From: the human T2T-CHM13v2.0 reference genome, Homo sapiens
DNA: 64,000 nt
Assembly: GCF_009914755.1 (NCBI RefSeq)
Contig: NC_060928.1
Reading direction: 5' to 3' (one strand)
This document shows, piece after piece, positions 32,482-50,092 of the stretch (within the stretch, counting starts at the first letter, position 1; every line of letters begins with the position of its first letter). The position numbers and the translations under genes are program-made. The notes below the pieces were generated by a model, which made no database searches, was not told the origin of the DNA, and was given only the letters and a program-made list of their open reading frames with translations.

Positions 32482-33122
32482 ACTGTAAAATATAAATTGT
32501 AAGTAGTTTCCAAATACATGATTTCAAATCAATTATGCCAATATTTATATATCTAAAAGAATATTAGTTTTTTCAGAATATTTAGTCATTTTATTCAGTC
32601 AAAAATCTGCAGAAATTCTCCCTTTAAAATTTATACACAGCATCCAGCAAAGCATCTTGCTTAAAGTATGTCTTTAGTGCATGCTTACTAACGTCAAACA
32701 GTAACAAGTCCTATAGGAAAATCTGTCGTTTATTAAAGAGCATTGTTTTGTATACTATAAAATTATCACTTTTGGAGATTAAATACTTTAACTCTCCAGT
32801 CTTGACCTTGACCTTATTTAATTCAAAATGTTACCGAATTGAATTAACCAGTGTATTAAGCAGAAAATACTTAAGTGCATTTTAACAGTTCTCTAAAATC
32901 AATTAATTCCTCATGAAACAAGTATCTACCACCTTCAAAGGAATGTGACACTGGTAGCCCAAAGAAAATAAATCTCCCATGACAATTATTCTGAAGTGGA
33001 GGGGAGAAACAAAAAGTCTATTGTTTATTGATAGATAAAGAATGTTTCTCAAAATGCCTATATCTTTACATTTTACTTCTGCACCATGTATATATGCATA
33101 GACAATTCAAGGAGAAGACTTC

Positions 33123-33436
33123 CTTTTATTATTATTATTATTTTTGATTTGAAGTCTCCCTCTGTCACCCAGGCTATGGTGCAGTGGCACAATTATGGCT
33201 CACTGCAGCCTCTATCTGGCTCAAGTGATTCTCCTGCCTCAGCTTCCTGAATAGCTGGGATGGCAGCTGTGTGCCACCATATTCTGCTAATTTTTTTTTT
33301 TTTTTTTTTTTTTTTTTGGCAGAGACAGGGTCCCACCAAGTTGCCTAGGCTGGTCTCAAACTCCTAGGTTCAAGCAATCCTCCAGCCTCGACCTCTCAAA
33401 GTGCTGGTATTACAAGTGTGAGTCACTTGCCTGGCC
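33123..33436 (-). mobile_element. AluJ (Jo/Jr-like)
   Basis: Dimeric Alu on the minus strand with J-type GCTCAAG motifs, strong CpG decay and an expanded middle A-tract. Confidence 0.9.
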
Positions 33437-33719
33437 CTACTATCCTTGTAAAAGGACACAACAACTGCACAAACTCCATATAAAAAACTGGTATAAAAAT
33501 AGTCTTTGTTTAGGATTTATTGATTTATATTTCAGTTTTGACTGATGGGCTGATAAAGGTTACAGATACTTGAGTAGCTTTTTAAATCATACATAGGAAG
33601 ATTTACTTAAATGTGTATTTTAAGAAAAGTAAGCATAACATTAAAATAACAAGAAAATACATGTTAAACACATCTTGCAGAATCTACTGGAATATTAATA
33701 ACCTGTTTAATTTAGTTCC

Positions 33720-34760
<1,041 letters not shown>

Positions 34761-36187
34761 CCCTCAGGCAGAAGGGGCAAACTAGAGTGAACGTTTCACT
34801 TTTGGAAGGGCCAAACAAACAAGCATACAATATTTCAGGTTAATCCTCTTAGATGTCATTATGTGAGATTAAAGACAGCACCTTACAAACTCTGGAAGAA
34901 ATATTTGTGAGCAGGAGAAAACATGGCAAAAACAGATAATGTGAAGAAGATTATTCAAAAGACAAAAATGGACAACCCTGGAAGAATCCTACCAACTTCC
35001 AAAAGTTTAACCTGTTGATAAAACAAATTTGTTCACTATGGTTTTTATTTGTGGTTTTAAAAAATCCTTAGAAAGAAACATTTGAAAGAATGACACAATT
35101 TATTCCATTGTTCTACCTGTTGCCCCTGTGATAGTGGGATTCTCAGAAAGAGCTTTGGGTCCTTGAGACTTGGGGATCTTATTGTACCAAGAAATGGAAG
35201 ACCTGTGCTTCTTAAAAAGAACAATTTAAGTCCAAGAAAAAGGTCTGGAGCTCTGAATCTTTAGAGTTAGAGAGCTTAATAAAACCTGACATGGGAAATT
35301 TCTCTAGCACTGAGTTAAGGGATGATGTCTGTTGGTTCCTGGAAGAGTGGGAAATGATTCTTTAGTGTGGTGAAAACCCAGAGCGACAGGCACTCAGGCG
35401 ACTAATTGCAAGGTTCATAAAGGCAGGAAAAGTCTTGCATTGGAAAACACTGGGTTGCCACCTTGACATAGGAGTACAGGGGCAATGGAGGACTTCTGAT
35501 CCCTCCCTTTTGGGGGAACTCTGCAGACGTGGATTAAAAAGAAGCCACTTATTAAAAGCTGAGACTTATTCAATTTCCAACCACTTGTGAAGTGGGGACT
35601 AGTGGTAACTTAAATCTCTGTCAAAATAATAAAGTAAATACAACTTGTAGTAGAATAATCAGCCTAACCTCTACGGTAGGCCCAGTCCATATAGAGCAGA
35701 TTAGCATCCGGAGGGCTAGATCAAATTTAGACATTTGATAGGGGACCCACAGAAAGTGAAAAAAAAATTAAAGAATGTGCCCTAGATATTAGAATGCTCT
35801 TTCTCACTGAATGTTTCTGTAGCACAATAGCAATAGTGATGGTTTATTGCAAGTTATAGCCAAAAAAGACAAGAAAGCAAGTAAATGCTTACAATTACCA
35901 GGAAACAGACACCAGTCTTTAGCTACAGAATTGTCTTATGAAGGAAAATAACTGAAATATTAAGGGTTAAGTATTCAATATATTTATAAAAAATTAGGTA
36001 TTAAGTGTTCAAGATATTTGTAAAAAATTTATCTGAGGGCCAATTTCATTTAAATAGAAAAATAATCCAACTGATATAAAACTTCAGTTAAAATAAGTTT
36101 TAATTGTTAGCATACTTGACAATATTTAGGACAAAAGATGTCATAATTTATCTGAACAGTTACATGATCTTCAAACTAGTGATTTAA

Positions 36188-36493
<306 letters not shown>

Positions 36494-38894
36494 AGAAGTT
36501 AATTTTAAAACATTTATTTAGATTGAACAAAATCCTATTTGGCATCTGAGTGTACTGATTATTGTCAAGTTTTTGTTTTTTGTTTTACATAATTTTTTCT
36601 GGCAAAACCCTCATATAGAGCTTTATCACCAGTATACATTAGGTCTCCTTGTCTTTATGCAAAGTTGAATTTTTAAAAATACATAATCCTATATTACATT
36701 ACTTTCCAATTAGCTCACTGCTTGTGTAAAAGTCATAAATAGTACCAAATAGTAACACTTTCAATGTATTTGTTAATAATAAAACTCATTTATTTAAAGT
36801 ATTAAATAAAATTGGTATCTATCCTATTAGAGGTAAATTTTTTCAATAATATGAGACAGCAGCTCTCAAATACTGTATCTGAGGAAGTGCAAAAGGGTGC
36901 AAGGAAAATTTCAACTATGGTTTGCTTTGGGAAGAGGGAACCAGAAATGTATTGATATAAGCTATAAAACTCCTTGGTTATAAAAATATGACAATTCTTT
37001 CTTTCTCAGAGAAAGTGAGTATAGGAAAAGCTGGATCTGTAGACCACAGGAAATAATACACTATCAATTATCTAAATATAAAAATAATAAAGAAGCATCA
37101 AAAATATGACTTTTGAGATGAGTTATTTTTGTCTCTTTTAAGCTGAGTTCTTTATCCAGTTCATCATTTAGTCACATTCCTGAAGCCATCTATAATGTAG
37201 TTTGCAGTCATGACATTTTAAGAGAAAAAAAAATGAAGGAATACATTAAGCTCACTTGGTATTATTTATTTATTTTTCCCATGAATGCATCATTCAAATA
37301 TTGCTTTAGATATAGCACTGAAAGCATCAGAAAAGACTGGGCTGGCAAAATACCTAGTTTTAGTTCTGGACAAGAATGGAAAGCTCCGGTAGTCATAAAT
37401 CTGTGAATACAATTTATTGAATACATTTTTCAAGTCATTGTGGTGAGACAGGCAGAATTGAAATGGGTCTATGTGCATGTCTGTTTCATTCCATTTTATG
37501 TGAAAAGGGCCTGCCCTGGACTGAGTCCAAATTGACAGAAGAGCTCTAGAAGAGTGATAAATTTTAATATATCTGTTAGCTGATAGTGATTAATGGGCAT
37601 ATCTCAAACTCTTTAAGAAGTTTGAGATTTAAAGTGTCCCACTGCCTCTAAGTAGATTTATCAGAGACAGTTAACGGATGTTTCCACAAGGAAAATTACC
37701 AACACTAAAAAGACTCCCTATCATAAGTTGACTGGAGATATAACTAGTAGAAGAAAGATCTGGGCTTTATGGAAAAAAAAACTAATATATACAAAACCGA
37801 ATTTTAGTATAGTTTAACCTAATGGAATTAGGTGATGGAAATTAGTCCAGCTTGATCAAAGAGGTTACTGAAATTTTAACATTCAAATTTCACTTATCTA
37901 ATGGGGCTAATTCAAAATACATTCTTTTTGAAAGTTATAATTATATATTTTTTAAAGTTTTACATGAAATTATAAATATGATGTAGTTAATCCAATCTTC
38001 TCAAAAATGCAGTATATTCATAGACCAAATTCCCAATAGGAAACAAACATCTACATATAATTTTTGGCTTTATATTCATATTTTGCCTTCAAATTGATGT
38101 CACCTGATTTCATGCCATGTACTTTTCTTCATAAAGTTTGCCATTGAATGTTAGAATTCACATTATTAAACCATATCAATGAAGACTATTACCTCACAAA
38201 AGTGCTATGTAGAAAATTTTTACCGTTTGAGGAAAACATTTCAAGGAGCACCAAAAGCTTTACTTTTAATGTCCTAGCTTACTCAGTCTTTCTCTTTTCA
38301 TACTCAGAGAAAACTGCTCTGCAAACATTTAAAAATGAAAATAATTAGTATAATGAACAAAAATATTGTTGCCTCTGATAAAAGGAAAACATAGTGAAAT
38401 CTTTTAATATTTAATTAAAAGCACTGTGTGCTTTTACAAAAGAAATATATGCTAGGGAATTTGGTTATCATCATTATTTTAAGAGTGAATGAACTTAATA
38501 TGCACAATCGATCTGGATAAGGGAAAATATCAGCAGTATAATATTGAAGGTTTTGTTATCCTCATAAGACTTCTTTCTCAACACCATGTCTATCTGCTCT
38601 TTTTACTTTTTAAAATCTCTCAGGTCTTCTAGGAGGGAGTCCAGTAATTGTTCACAGAAAGCTGTATTTTATATTGCATCCTACATTATGTCTAGTCAGG
38701 TTCTCCAAAGGGGTATATCAATGAAGTTTCAGCAATAATTTTAAATAAAATCATAAAGAAGATTTAATAATAAAATGCAATATAAAATTTCCCACAGTTT
38801 GAACACAAACTTCCTTCAAATATGAATTTTCTAAGAAAAAAATAAGTCCAAAGATTCAAAAAGTTGACCCACAACACCACAACATTTGTTTCTG

Positions 38895-39020
38895 TATACA
38901 TATATATGTATTTTATAATATAAATACATATACAATATACATGTATTTATAAATTCATATACAGTATATATGTATTTATAAATACATATAATATTATATG
39001 TGTATATATATATATATAAT
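38895..39020. repeat. TA-rich low-complexity / (TA)n tract
   Basis: Direct reading. Confidence 0.85.
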
Positions 39021-40397
39021 AGCCATGCTGGCAAGCATGAGATAATCTTTTGTTGTGGTTTTGATTTGCAATTTTCTGATTATTTGAGTTGTAAGCATTT
39101 GTTATATATTTTGGGGATTAACCTCTTATCAGATGTATGTTTCGTAACTATATTTTTCCATTCCATAAGCTGCCTTTTGTCTCTGTTGTTTTCCTTGCAG
39201 CAGAGAAGCTTTTTAGTTTCATGTAGTCTTACTTATTTTGTTGTTGTAGCCTGTGCTTTTAGTATCATAGCATGGAATCATTAACAAGACCGATCTCATG
39301 AGTTTTTTCCCTTATGTTTCAGGTCTTACATTTAAGTCTTTAACCTATTTTGAATTTATTGTCTGTGTGTGGCATAAGATAGAGTTCTGTTTTCATTCAT
39401 TTACATGTGGATATCCAGTTTGCTCAACACCATTTGTTGAAGAGAGTATATTTTTTTTCCTTGTATATCCTTGGTACTCTTGTCAAAGTTCAATTGACTG
39501 CATGTGTTAATTTTCTTCTGGGATCTCTCTTCCATTCTATTGGTCTATGTGCCTGCCTTTATGCCAATGTCATGCTTTTTCAATCACTCTAGTTCTGTAA
39601 TATATTTTTGAAATTGGGAATTGTGATGCTTCTAGTTTTTTTTCTCACTCTTGAGGTTGATTTGGTCATTTGTGATCCTTTGTGTTTCTATGTGACTTGC
39701 AGAATTGCTTTTTTTCTATTTAAGTAAAAAAAATGTCATTGCTATTTTGATAGGCATTGCACTGAATCTGTAGATCACTTTGGGGATTACGGACATTTTA
39801 ACAATGTTAAGTAAGTCTTCAAGTCCATGAACACAGATGTCTTTCCATTTGTTTGGGTCTTCTTCAATTTCTTTTACTAATGTTTTGTAGTTTTCAGTAT
39901 ACAAGTATTTCACCTTATTAACTTTATTCCTAAGTATTTTATTCTTTTTGGTGCTATTGTAAATGGCATCATTTTCTTTGTTTCAGATTGTTCATTTTCA
40001 GTGTATAGAAACAGAACTAATTTTTGAGGATATAGAGAAATTCAAACCCTTGCACACACTGTTGATGGGAACACAGAATGGTGTGGCCACTATTAAAACC
40101 AATATTGAAATTTCTCAAAATATTAAAAATAGAACTACCACATAATTCATCAATATCACTTCGGGTATTTATTTAAAAAGAATCTGAAATCAGGATCTTG
40201 AAGAGATATAAGCGTTCCTATGTTCATGCAGCACTATTTACAAGAGCCAAGCTATTGAAAAAACTACATGTTGATTAACAATGAATCGATAAAGAACATC
40301 TTGTATATACATAAAATAGATTACTATTTAGACTTAAAAATGAAAGACACTTTGCAATATACAACATTGTGGATGAACATTCAAGACATTTGCTAAA

Positions 40398-40398
<1 letters not shown>
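39020..40398 (+). mobile_element. Old L1M (L1MA/MB) with 5' inversion: minus segment ~39020-40025, plus segment ~40026-40398
   Basis: The minus segment encodes ORF2 pieces ([21 protein letters not shown]). The plus segment starts at GAGGATATAGAGAAA, which in L1 follows just after the outer end of the inverted part. Confidence 0.7.
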
Positions 40399-42065
<1,667 letters not shown>

Positions 42066-43914
42066 TGAAGTTATAAGGCTTGTCTCCATGTTTTACTAGT
42101 TATTTAAACTTTAAAAAACTACTTAAAAAGATGGCAAAGGAAAGGATGCCTCATGAATTTGCTAAAATAATCAAATAAAATGATGCACAAAAAATGCTGA
42201 TAGAATCAAATAAAATGATGTACATAATGTGTCATTAGCACTAAACGAATAGCAGTTAATAACATTTTATCAAAGAGTTCTTTGTGAAGATTTTTGAAGT
42301 TGATACATATTTTAGAAATTACATCGTGGCCATTTTATATTTCTGGAAGCTAGACTGTCATTGTGAAGAACACTTTATTAATTTAAAAATTCACCATTCA
42401 TCACCAAGGAGTAGCAAAACATTATTTGTAAAATAAAATTGTTAGACTCTGAATATTCAATCCTCAAACTATTCATTTATTTAATATATTCCAAACATTT
42501 TTTTAATTACCAAAGATTTTTTTCCTTAATTTTATCTTGCGCCTTTCTTTGTGCCTAGACCTGCAAAAGCCATAGGTTTTCACATGTTTACAAGCATAAG
42601 GATGAAGACCTCTCATAGAACAGAAAGAAAGCCATCATACCAACCTTGGACAGCACTCAGTTATATCTTTCAATGAAATGAATAAACCTGTACCACTTAG
42701 AACACTCAAGTAGAATTTTTGTAATTAGAAGCTAATTCTCTGATAATATGTAATATTTTAGCTTTCATGTGAATTATTTAATGAGATAAACCCAAGAGAA
42801 TGTTATTAGTTCTGTCTTTAAGATCTTTCCTAGAAGAAATGAACAAATTTATTAGTATACACTATTTTGCTGCATAAAAATAATTTTTAAAATTATCCGT
42901 TTTAAGACTTTGAAATTAAATATATGAAAGGTAGCTAGATGATTTTGAGTTAGAGAGAAAAAGTAGGAAGATCATTTTCAAAAGACCAATATTATCCAAC
43001 TCTTGACTTGTTAACAGCTTCTCAATAACAACAAAGAAAACCTAAAGACAATGGTACAAATACTCTCAAAATAATGAGAAAAATTAAGCATCCTATAATT
43101 TATACACACTGAGAAATTATTTGATGAATTAGAGTAATACAGAGAAAATTCCATATGAACAAAACAGAGTTGTTGTTTTTTTTTTTAAACTGCTACATCC
43201 TCTCTAGGTAAATTCTTAATATATGTGAAAGGATAGCTATGCCAGATAGAGGTTTTATGATACAGTATGAAATAGTGAAAGAAATATACATGAGAAACAA
43301 CTTAGTTGAGGGAAAAATAAAATGAAAAAAATACTTATCTTCTTAAATGAAGACAAAGGGGAAGGCAAAGAGCATAATTAACCTCAGTAACCAGATAAAG
43401 TCTTTGAACTTAAATATATCAGCAGTAATGAAAAATAAGAATGTTGTTTATACCTCTTTCAAAGAAAGTGTGGATGAAATATAAAATTCACCTTGATATG
43501 ACTTGCAAGATACAGACTGAGAATGTTAAATGAATAGGAGTAAAAGAATGGTGAAAATATCAAGTAAATTTTAAAAGAAAGAATGCTGTACGGTTACGTT
43601 AACTTCAGACAAAATACAACGTTAGAAAACATCATCAGGGATAAAGAGGGCTGTTCTCTAATGATAATAGCTCACTTTTTCGGAACATACAATAACCCTG
43701 GCAAAGCACACTCCTAGTAACGAATTTTCGACACACCTACATACACCTCAACTATGAGGAGAAATAGTAAAATCCACATAATATTAGGAGATTTTAAAAT
43801 ATATTACTCTCAAAATAGGATAGAGTAGGCAGGTAAACATTTCAATAAGGATGTAGAAGATTTGAACAAGCCAATAAATCAACCTGATGTCTTAGACATA
43901 CAAGAACATTCTAC

Positions 43915-44270
43915 TGGCTATTTATTGCTCCGGGCAAAGATTTCAGATGGGTACAATGGAAATGGCTTTGCCCTGCTCCAAACTATCTAGGGCCTCACAC
44001 GGAAACTCTAAAGTTTAGGGACTAAAATGGTCTGAATGCGCATTCGCTCATAAATCTTACATTTGGTACCATCTAGGAGACTGGCTGCAGCTGTAAATGG
44101 CAGCACCTACACATGTAATCTTCATGTGGTCACAGCTTCCCCAAAAGAAGGTGACGGTGTTAAAAACAAGTTATTTACAGGTGAAGAGAGAGAAAGAGAG
44201 AGACAACTCAGAATGGGGAGGAAGGTGGCAGAGAAGGGCAGAAGTCCAAAGCTGCCTCTGCATTTTAAAT
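43915..44270 (-). mobile_element. Old MLT1 (G/H-like) LTR fragment
   Basis: CTAGGGCCTCA, CATTCGCTCA and GCACCTACACATG motifs. Confidence 0.5.
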
Positions 44271-44274
44271 CATA

Positions 44275-44632
44275 AGTAGTGAACTAAAATCTAACTTAGT
44301 ATATAAACGAATGCAGCCCAACTTGAAATATACTCTTGTAATAACTAGCTGACTTCAGCCAATCACAGCAACCAAGTTATAGCCAGTCACAGGCTGCCAG
44401 TTGATAAGACCATGTCCACATAAAGCAATGCCTCATGCCGAAATCCGGCAACCACACAGCTGTAACCAATCAAGCTGTTTCTGTACCTGACTTCCTGTTT
44501 CTTACTCTAAGTACAGCCTGCCCATATTGCTGAGTGGAGCTCTGTGAACTTCTGTATCTGAGTGCTAATTCATGAAACATTCTTTGTTCAAATAAACTCT
44601 GATAAATTTAATTTGTCTGCTTATATTTTAAT
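44275..44632 (+). mobile_element. MER57/LTR54/MER93-type ERV1 LTR
   Basis: CAGCCAATCACAGC repeats, GCTGTAACCAATCAAGCTGTTTCTGTACC, AAATAAACTCTG..AAATTTAATTTGTCT end. Confidence 0.65.
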
Positions 44633-44829
44633 GAGTAAAATAATTCCAAATACACTTTTATGGATTAAAAAAGTAATACTTTGAATAGAAGAGTGTTTGT
44701 AGAATTGAACGACAATAAAACATTCCACATTAGACTTATAGAATACTGGTAAAGCACGTAAATTATAAGAATTTTAAATATTCATAAATACTTTTATCAT
44801 AAAGTGTTCACAGAAATAATTTTGAAAAC

Positions 44830-45610
44830 ATCAGGCTGATATAAGTAAGTGAAGCCCCAGCATGTGAGAGAAGCACAGCATTTTAGCCTCAGACCAGAGA
44901 TTAAAGTACCTACCCTGGAGCAGGACAGGGGCCTTCACTGCCAGAACTGCAGAAAGTACCTCAGCCATAGGTACTGGAATTGCGCTCTCCCCACCACAAG
45001 CCTGAGGTGGGAGAAGGGCTGTACAGCTGCAGTTTCTCTTGGGCAGTGAGACATGAAGCCAGGGCCAGCTTGGCAACCTGGAACTGGTCTGCGTGTGCCA
45101 TTGCTGGGTTTTCCTGCCTGCTCCACTGAGATCATGGTGAGGCAGGGCCCCCTCCATTCAAACTCCAGGCAGAAATTCAGACATCTGAAGCACTCACTTG
45201 CCTGAACCAGCAGCCTAAGCCGCCCCACTTTTCATGAACACACATTAACATGAAGTGGGGTCCCATCTGCTCCACACTCAGGTAGATCTCCAGGCATTCA
45301 AATCACCCACTCACCTGGATCAGCAGGCTGACCCACCCCACCCTTCCTAACCAGAGATCCTGGTGCAGGAAGGCCCTCTCTGCTTCATGCCCAGGTAGAT
45401 CTCCAGGCATCTGGAGCACTTACTTCATAGATTAGGATAGACTGCTCCCCAACCTGTGCAGAGAACTTGGGGCCAAAAAGTTTTCCCAGCTCCATGCCTC
45501 GGGACACCCTGGGCACTTGGTGGTTACCCACTGGTTCCTCTCTTGGAGCCAGTGCTTTTGCCTGCTATCAGGGGACCTGTATGCAAACCTGCCCCATCCA
45601 GAGGTTTGGA
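44830..45610 (+). mobile_element. Old L1M 5'UTR fragment with ~113-bp tandem monomers
   Basis: GC-richer island; CAGGYAGA...CCAGGCAT motif recurs at 45166, 45279 and 45392. Confidence 0.55.
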
Positions 45611-46725
45611 AAACCTCTGCAATATTCATTTAAAACATGAGAAAAATAACAGAAAAACAATATTAGTAACATAAAATGAAATATGGCTATAGATGCAACA
45701 GATATTATGACAATTACAAGAGGATGTTATGAGCAACTTTTGCCAATGCATTTTAAAATTTTGATAGATTGAAGGATAGGGGTCTCCACAGCCAGAACTG
45801 CAGAAACTTACGCCATATCAAATATAACTCAAGAAAAAGAACACAACTTTAATCTTATACAAATTATTCCAACATGTAAAAAATATTTTATCAGGATATT
45901 AATAATTTGATAACAATAACTGACAAAGTGTTGAAATAGTCACTTTAAAAAATAGCTTAAAGATGCAGAGTCAGTGGGAATAAATCCAACAAAGTTCTGT
46001 GAAAAGAGCACGGAGATAAGTATAACTTTACTGAAACATATCAAATTCAACCTGATATCTAGATTTGTGGATGGTTAGGTTTGGTTTGAGGTCAAGGAAC
46101 TTTATTTTATGCACTGCCATATTTCTAATACTTTGGACAGTACTTGGCACATATTGATGTAAGACATGAAAAAGGCTAAGTAGAAATTAAAATTTTGTAG
46201 CACTTTCAAGACAAAATTGTGGCTGGAAAATAATTTATTCTCACCTCCTGCTTCAATCATTCTCCTTCGTTTATCAGGGAGTTATTTCTATGTCCTCCAT
46301 TATCCTTCTCTTATGGTAGAAAGATATGACATAACCTTCAAAGAAGACACACACGCACACAATGTAGAGCAGAGGAGATTCAGTGCTGTATCAAAGGGAG
46401 CATTACAAAACAAGCAAACAAAAACCTAGCAAACAGCAGATTTTATTTCCTCTGTGTTTACCTGAAATCTTATCTCCTTGTCCAGTTCACTTCCATGTCC
46501 CATTCAAGCAGTTTTTATCTCTTGGTATAAGCATTGCAGTAACCAAAGATACAACCTCCCAAAGCATATTTCTTTTCATATCACTCTGATACAGTTTTCA
46601 GTGATTTTCAGACCTAGATAAAGGAAACCCCCATTTCTCATCAGAATCAAGGATCTTTTATAATTTTTAATTAAACTTCTTTTAAAACATTTGTTTTCTC
46701 TCCTACCCACCCCCACCATTTTTTT

Positions 46726-47813
<1,088 letters not shown>

Positions 47814-49899
47814 CACTCCCACCATTTTTTAAATATATATCTTATTTGCAGACTTCACAAAAATCTGCAAGCACTGGTCACATTTTCTTGTCTTTATATT
47901 CTAAGTCATACATGTCTCTTTATGCGATACTACTCTTCACCATATCCATCTACTAAATAAATCAACCCAACCTGCAAGATCTATCTCAAAGTCTACCTCT
48001 TCACTGAAATTCTCTGTGGTTCCTCCATACACCAGGTTAAGTTCTCCTTCTTTCTTTCACACAAACAGAAATACATATTTTTAAAAACCTGTTCAACAGC
48101 ATAGATAACTTCTTACCTTATTTCATTACTTTTGTTTATGTTTTAGACTTTGATGTGTTTCAAGATCAAAGAATATGTTATCCAATTTATATTTTTCCAT
48201 GACATATGGCATCTAGCAGAAGTCCAAGTATGTAAGAGAGGATCAATTAATATTTTTAAATTAAGTGTATAATTTAAAAATCTTGTGCTTTATGAAAAAG
48301 GTATACATATGAAGTATGTATATATAGATTGAAACAGCAGATGAGAATGAGTTATTTTCCAGCTATAATTTTGTCTTGTAAGTGCTACGAAATTTTAATT
48401 TCTACCTAACCTTTATTTATGTCTTCCATAAATATGTATATGTGTCAAGTACTGTCCAAAGCATTAGAAATATGGCAGTGAATACATACTAAGTATGTAC
48501 TCTCAGTAGTTAGAAGTCAGTGTTTTTCATAAAGCACAATTCTTCTCAAACATTAGAATATGTATATATAAATATTTTTAGTTTGCTCTTCCTCCTATTT
48601 TCTCTGTTACAAAATAATTAAGAAACAGCATATTCATTCTTTATTTTTTGACCAGTCACAAAATATTTGGTTTAACATCATGAGGAGACTGAGCAACATG
48701 CTCTAACCTAAGTATATATAACTTGATCACTAGTTTATAGAAATGTATGGTCAATTTTATAGGATTAATTACTGTCTCTCACATACAAAACTCCCAAGAA
48801 TAGTAAAACTGAAAGGAGTAAATTTTAACCAGGTGAATTTCTAATTGGCATCTCAATGACCCACACTTACACACCTTTTGAAACTCTTTGCCGGTTGCAG
48901 CTACATTACTTTCTACAAGGGCATATAAAACCTCATAGAATAAGTGGTAAAGATTGTTCAACAATGCAAAAGTTTTAGCTACATTCCTTGTAAAATTACT
49001 TCTTATATTCAAATTTCCTCTAGGAAGAAAATCTTTATTGAACCCTGCACAGCCATAACAGTGTTTTGCTCTTTGCCCAGTATGCTCTTTGTCGGCAGGC
49101 GGAAAAGACTGCATTGTCTAGTAGGGGGTGTTAATTTCAGAAGTTTTTCATGTTTACCACAGTAACTAAAAGAAAAAAGTCCTTTCTTTTTCTATAGGCA
49201 GGGTCTAATCTCAGAGCTCTGTGATGTGAAGAAACAGAGGGTGGTAGAGTAGGCTGAATGGACTTTAGCACTATGCATCTTTTCATACAAATGCGGAGGA
49301 CAATTATTCCCTCAGGTTATAAACTCTTTTTATTTTCACTTTCATTGATTCATCATTAGTTGCTCAAATCAAAAGCAGGATATCTGCCTGCCTCTATGTT
49401 TTTGAAGCTATACATCCTCTACTTCCATTATGCCTTTTAAACAAAGTTTTTCTCTAAAGAGCCGTTTGCCTTAAAGGATGTGAAAATTTAACTTAATACG
49501 CTATATTGGAATGGAACCACAGTTAGTGCAATCATATTATATTTTCTCTGGTGCACTTGATATATTCTAAGATTTTCTGTATTTATCAATCACAATGCAT
49601 AGTAGTACATTGCATGAATAATAGGCATGTATTTTTCGATATCAGTTATTTATTAACTATTAAGTGGGACATAGGGAAAGGAGTGGTGGCTGGCTCTACA
49701 TTTCCAATGGCAGAAATCTTCAGAAATCTTCAAAGTCAGAAATCAGTCAGAAATCTTCCAAGTTTCCTGACTGTAACTTTTGGCTGAAGCAACTATTTGT
49801 TTATCAAGAAGTTTGTAAAAGTAAATTTTGTGTATAAGTTGGATTATAAAGGATAACCGTAAACATTTCTTGCTGAGACCAATTCTAAGCAATTTATAC

Positions 49900-50092
49900 A
49901 TATTAAGTCATTAATAGAAACCACAGAATGTAGGTGCCGTCATCAATGCCACCATTATCCTTTGCATAATGAACGTACAGAATTTTAAAATAATTTGCCC
50001 AAAATTTATACAGATGTCAGTGATAGCACTTGAGATGCAAATATAGTTAGTCTGGCTCTAGAGCATGTGCTCTTAAGTACTGCACTCTACTG
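49900..50092 (-). mobile_element. MIR remnant
   Basis: AATAATTTGCCCAA...AGTCTGGCTCTAGAGCATGTGCTCTTAA antisense MIR. Confidence 0.6.

Larger units (their letters stand above)
42930..46050 (+). mobile_element. Highly decayed, fragmented L1ME-type element hosting nested insertions
   Basis: ORF1-like piece ~43000-43200, endonuclease-like piece ~43570-43910 (TCAGACAAAATA, CAGGGATAAAGAGGG), ORF2-like pieces ~44680-44830 and ~45620-46050. Confidence 0.5.

Noticed and set aside
34770-35760. Moderately GC-richer unique-looking stretch as an exon or pseudogene
   Set aside because: No ORF or recognisable protein similarity by eye; may be an old LTR remnant.
37601-37628. 10-bp hairpin ATCTCAAACT/AGTTTGAGAT
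   Set aside because: A stem this short is expected by chance in 64 kb of AT-rich DNA.
42169-42220. AATCAAATAAAATGATG repeated with 35-bp spacing
   Set aside because: Ordinary small tandem duplication.
49115-49133. CTCF-like motif TGTCTAGTAGGGGGTGTTA in apparently unique sequence
   Set aside because: About four mismatches to the core consensus, including key C positions; cannot be supported without ChIP data.
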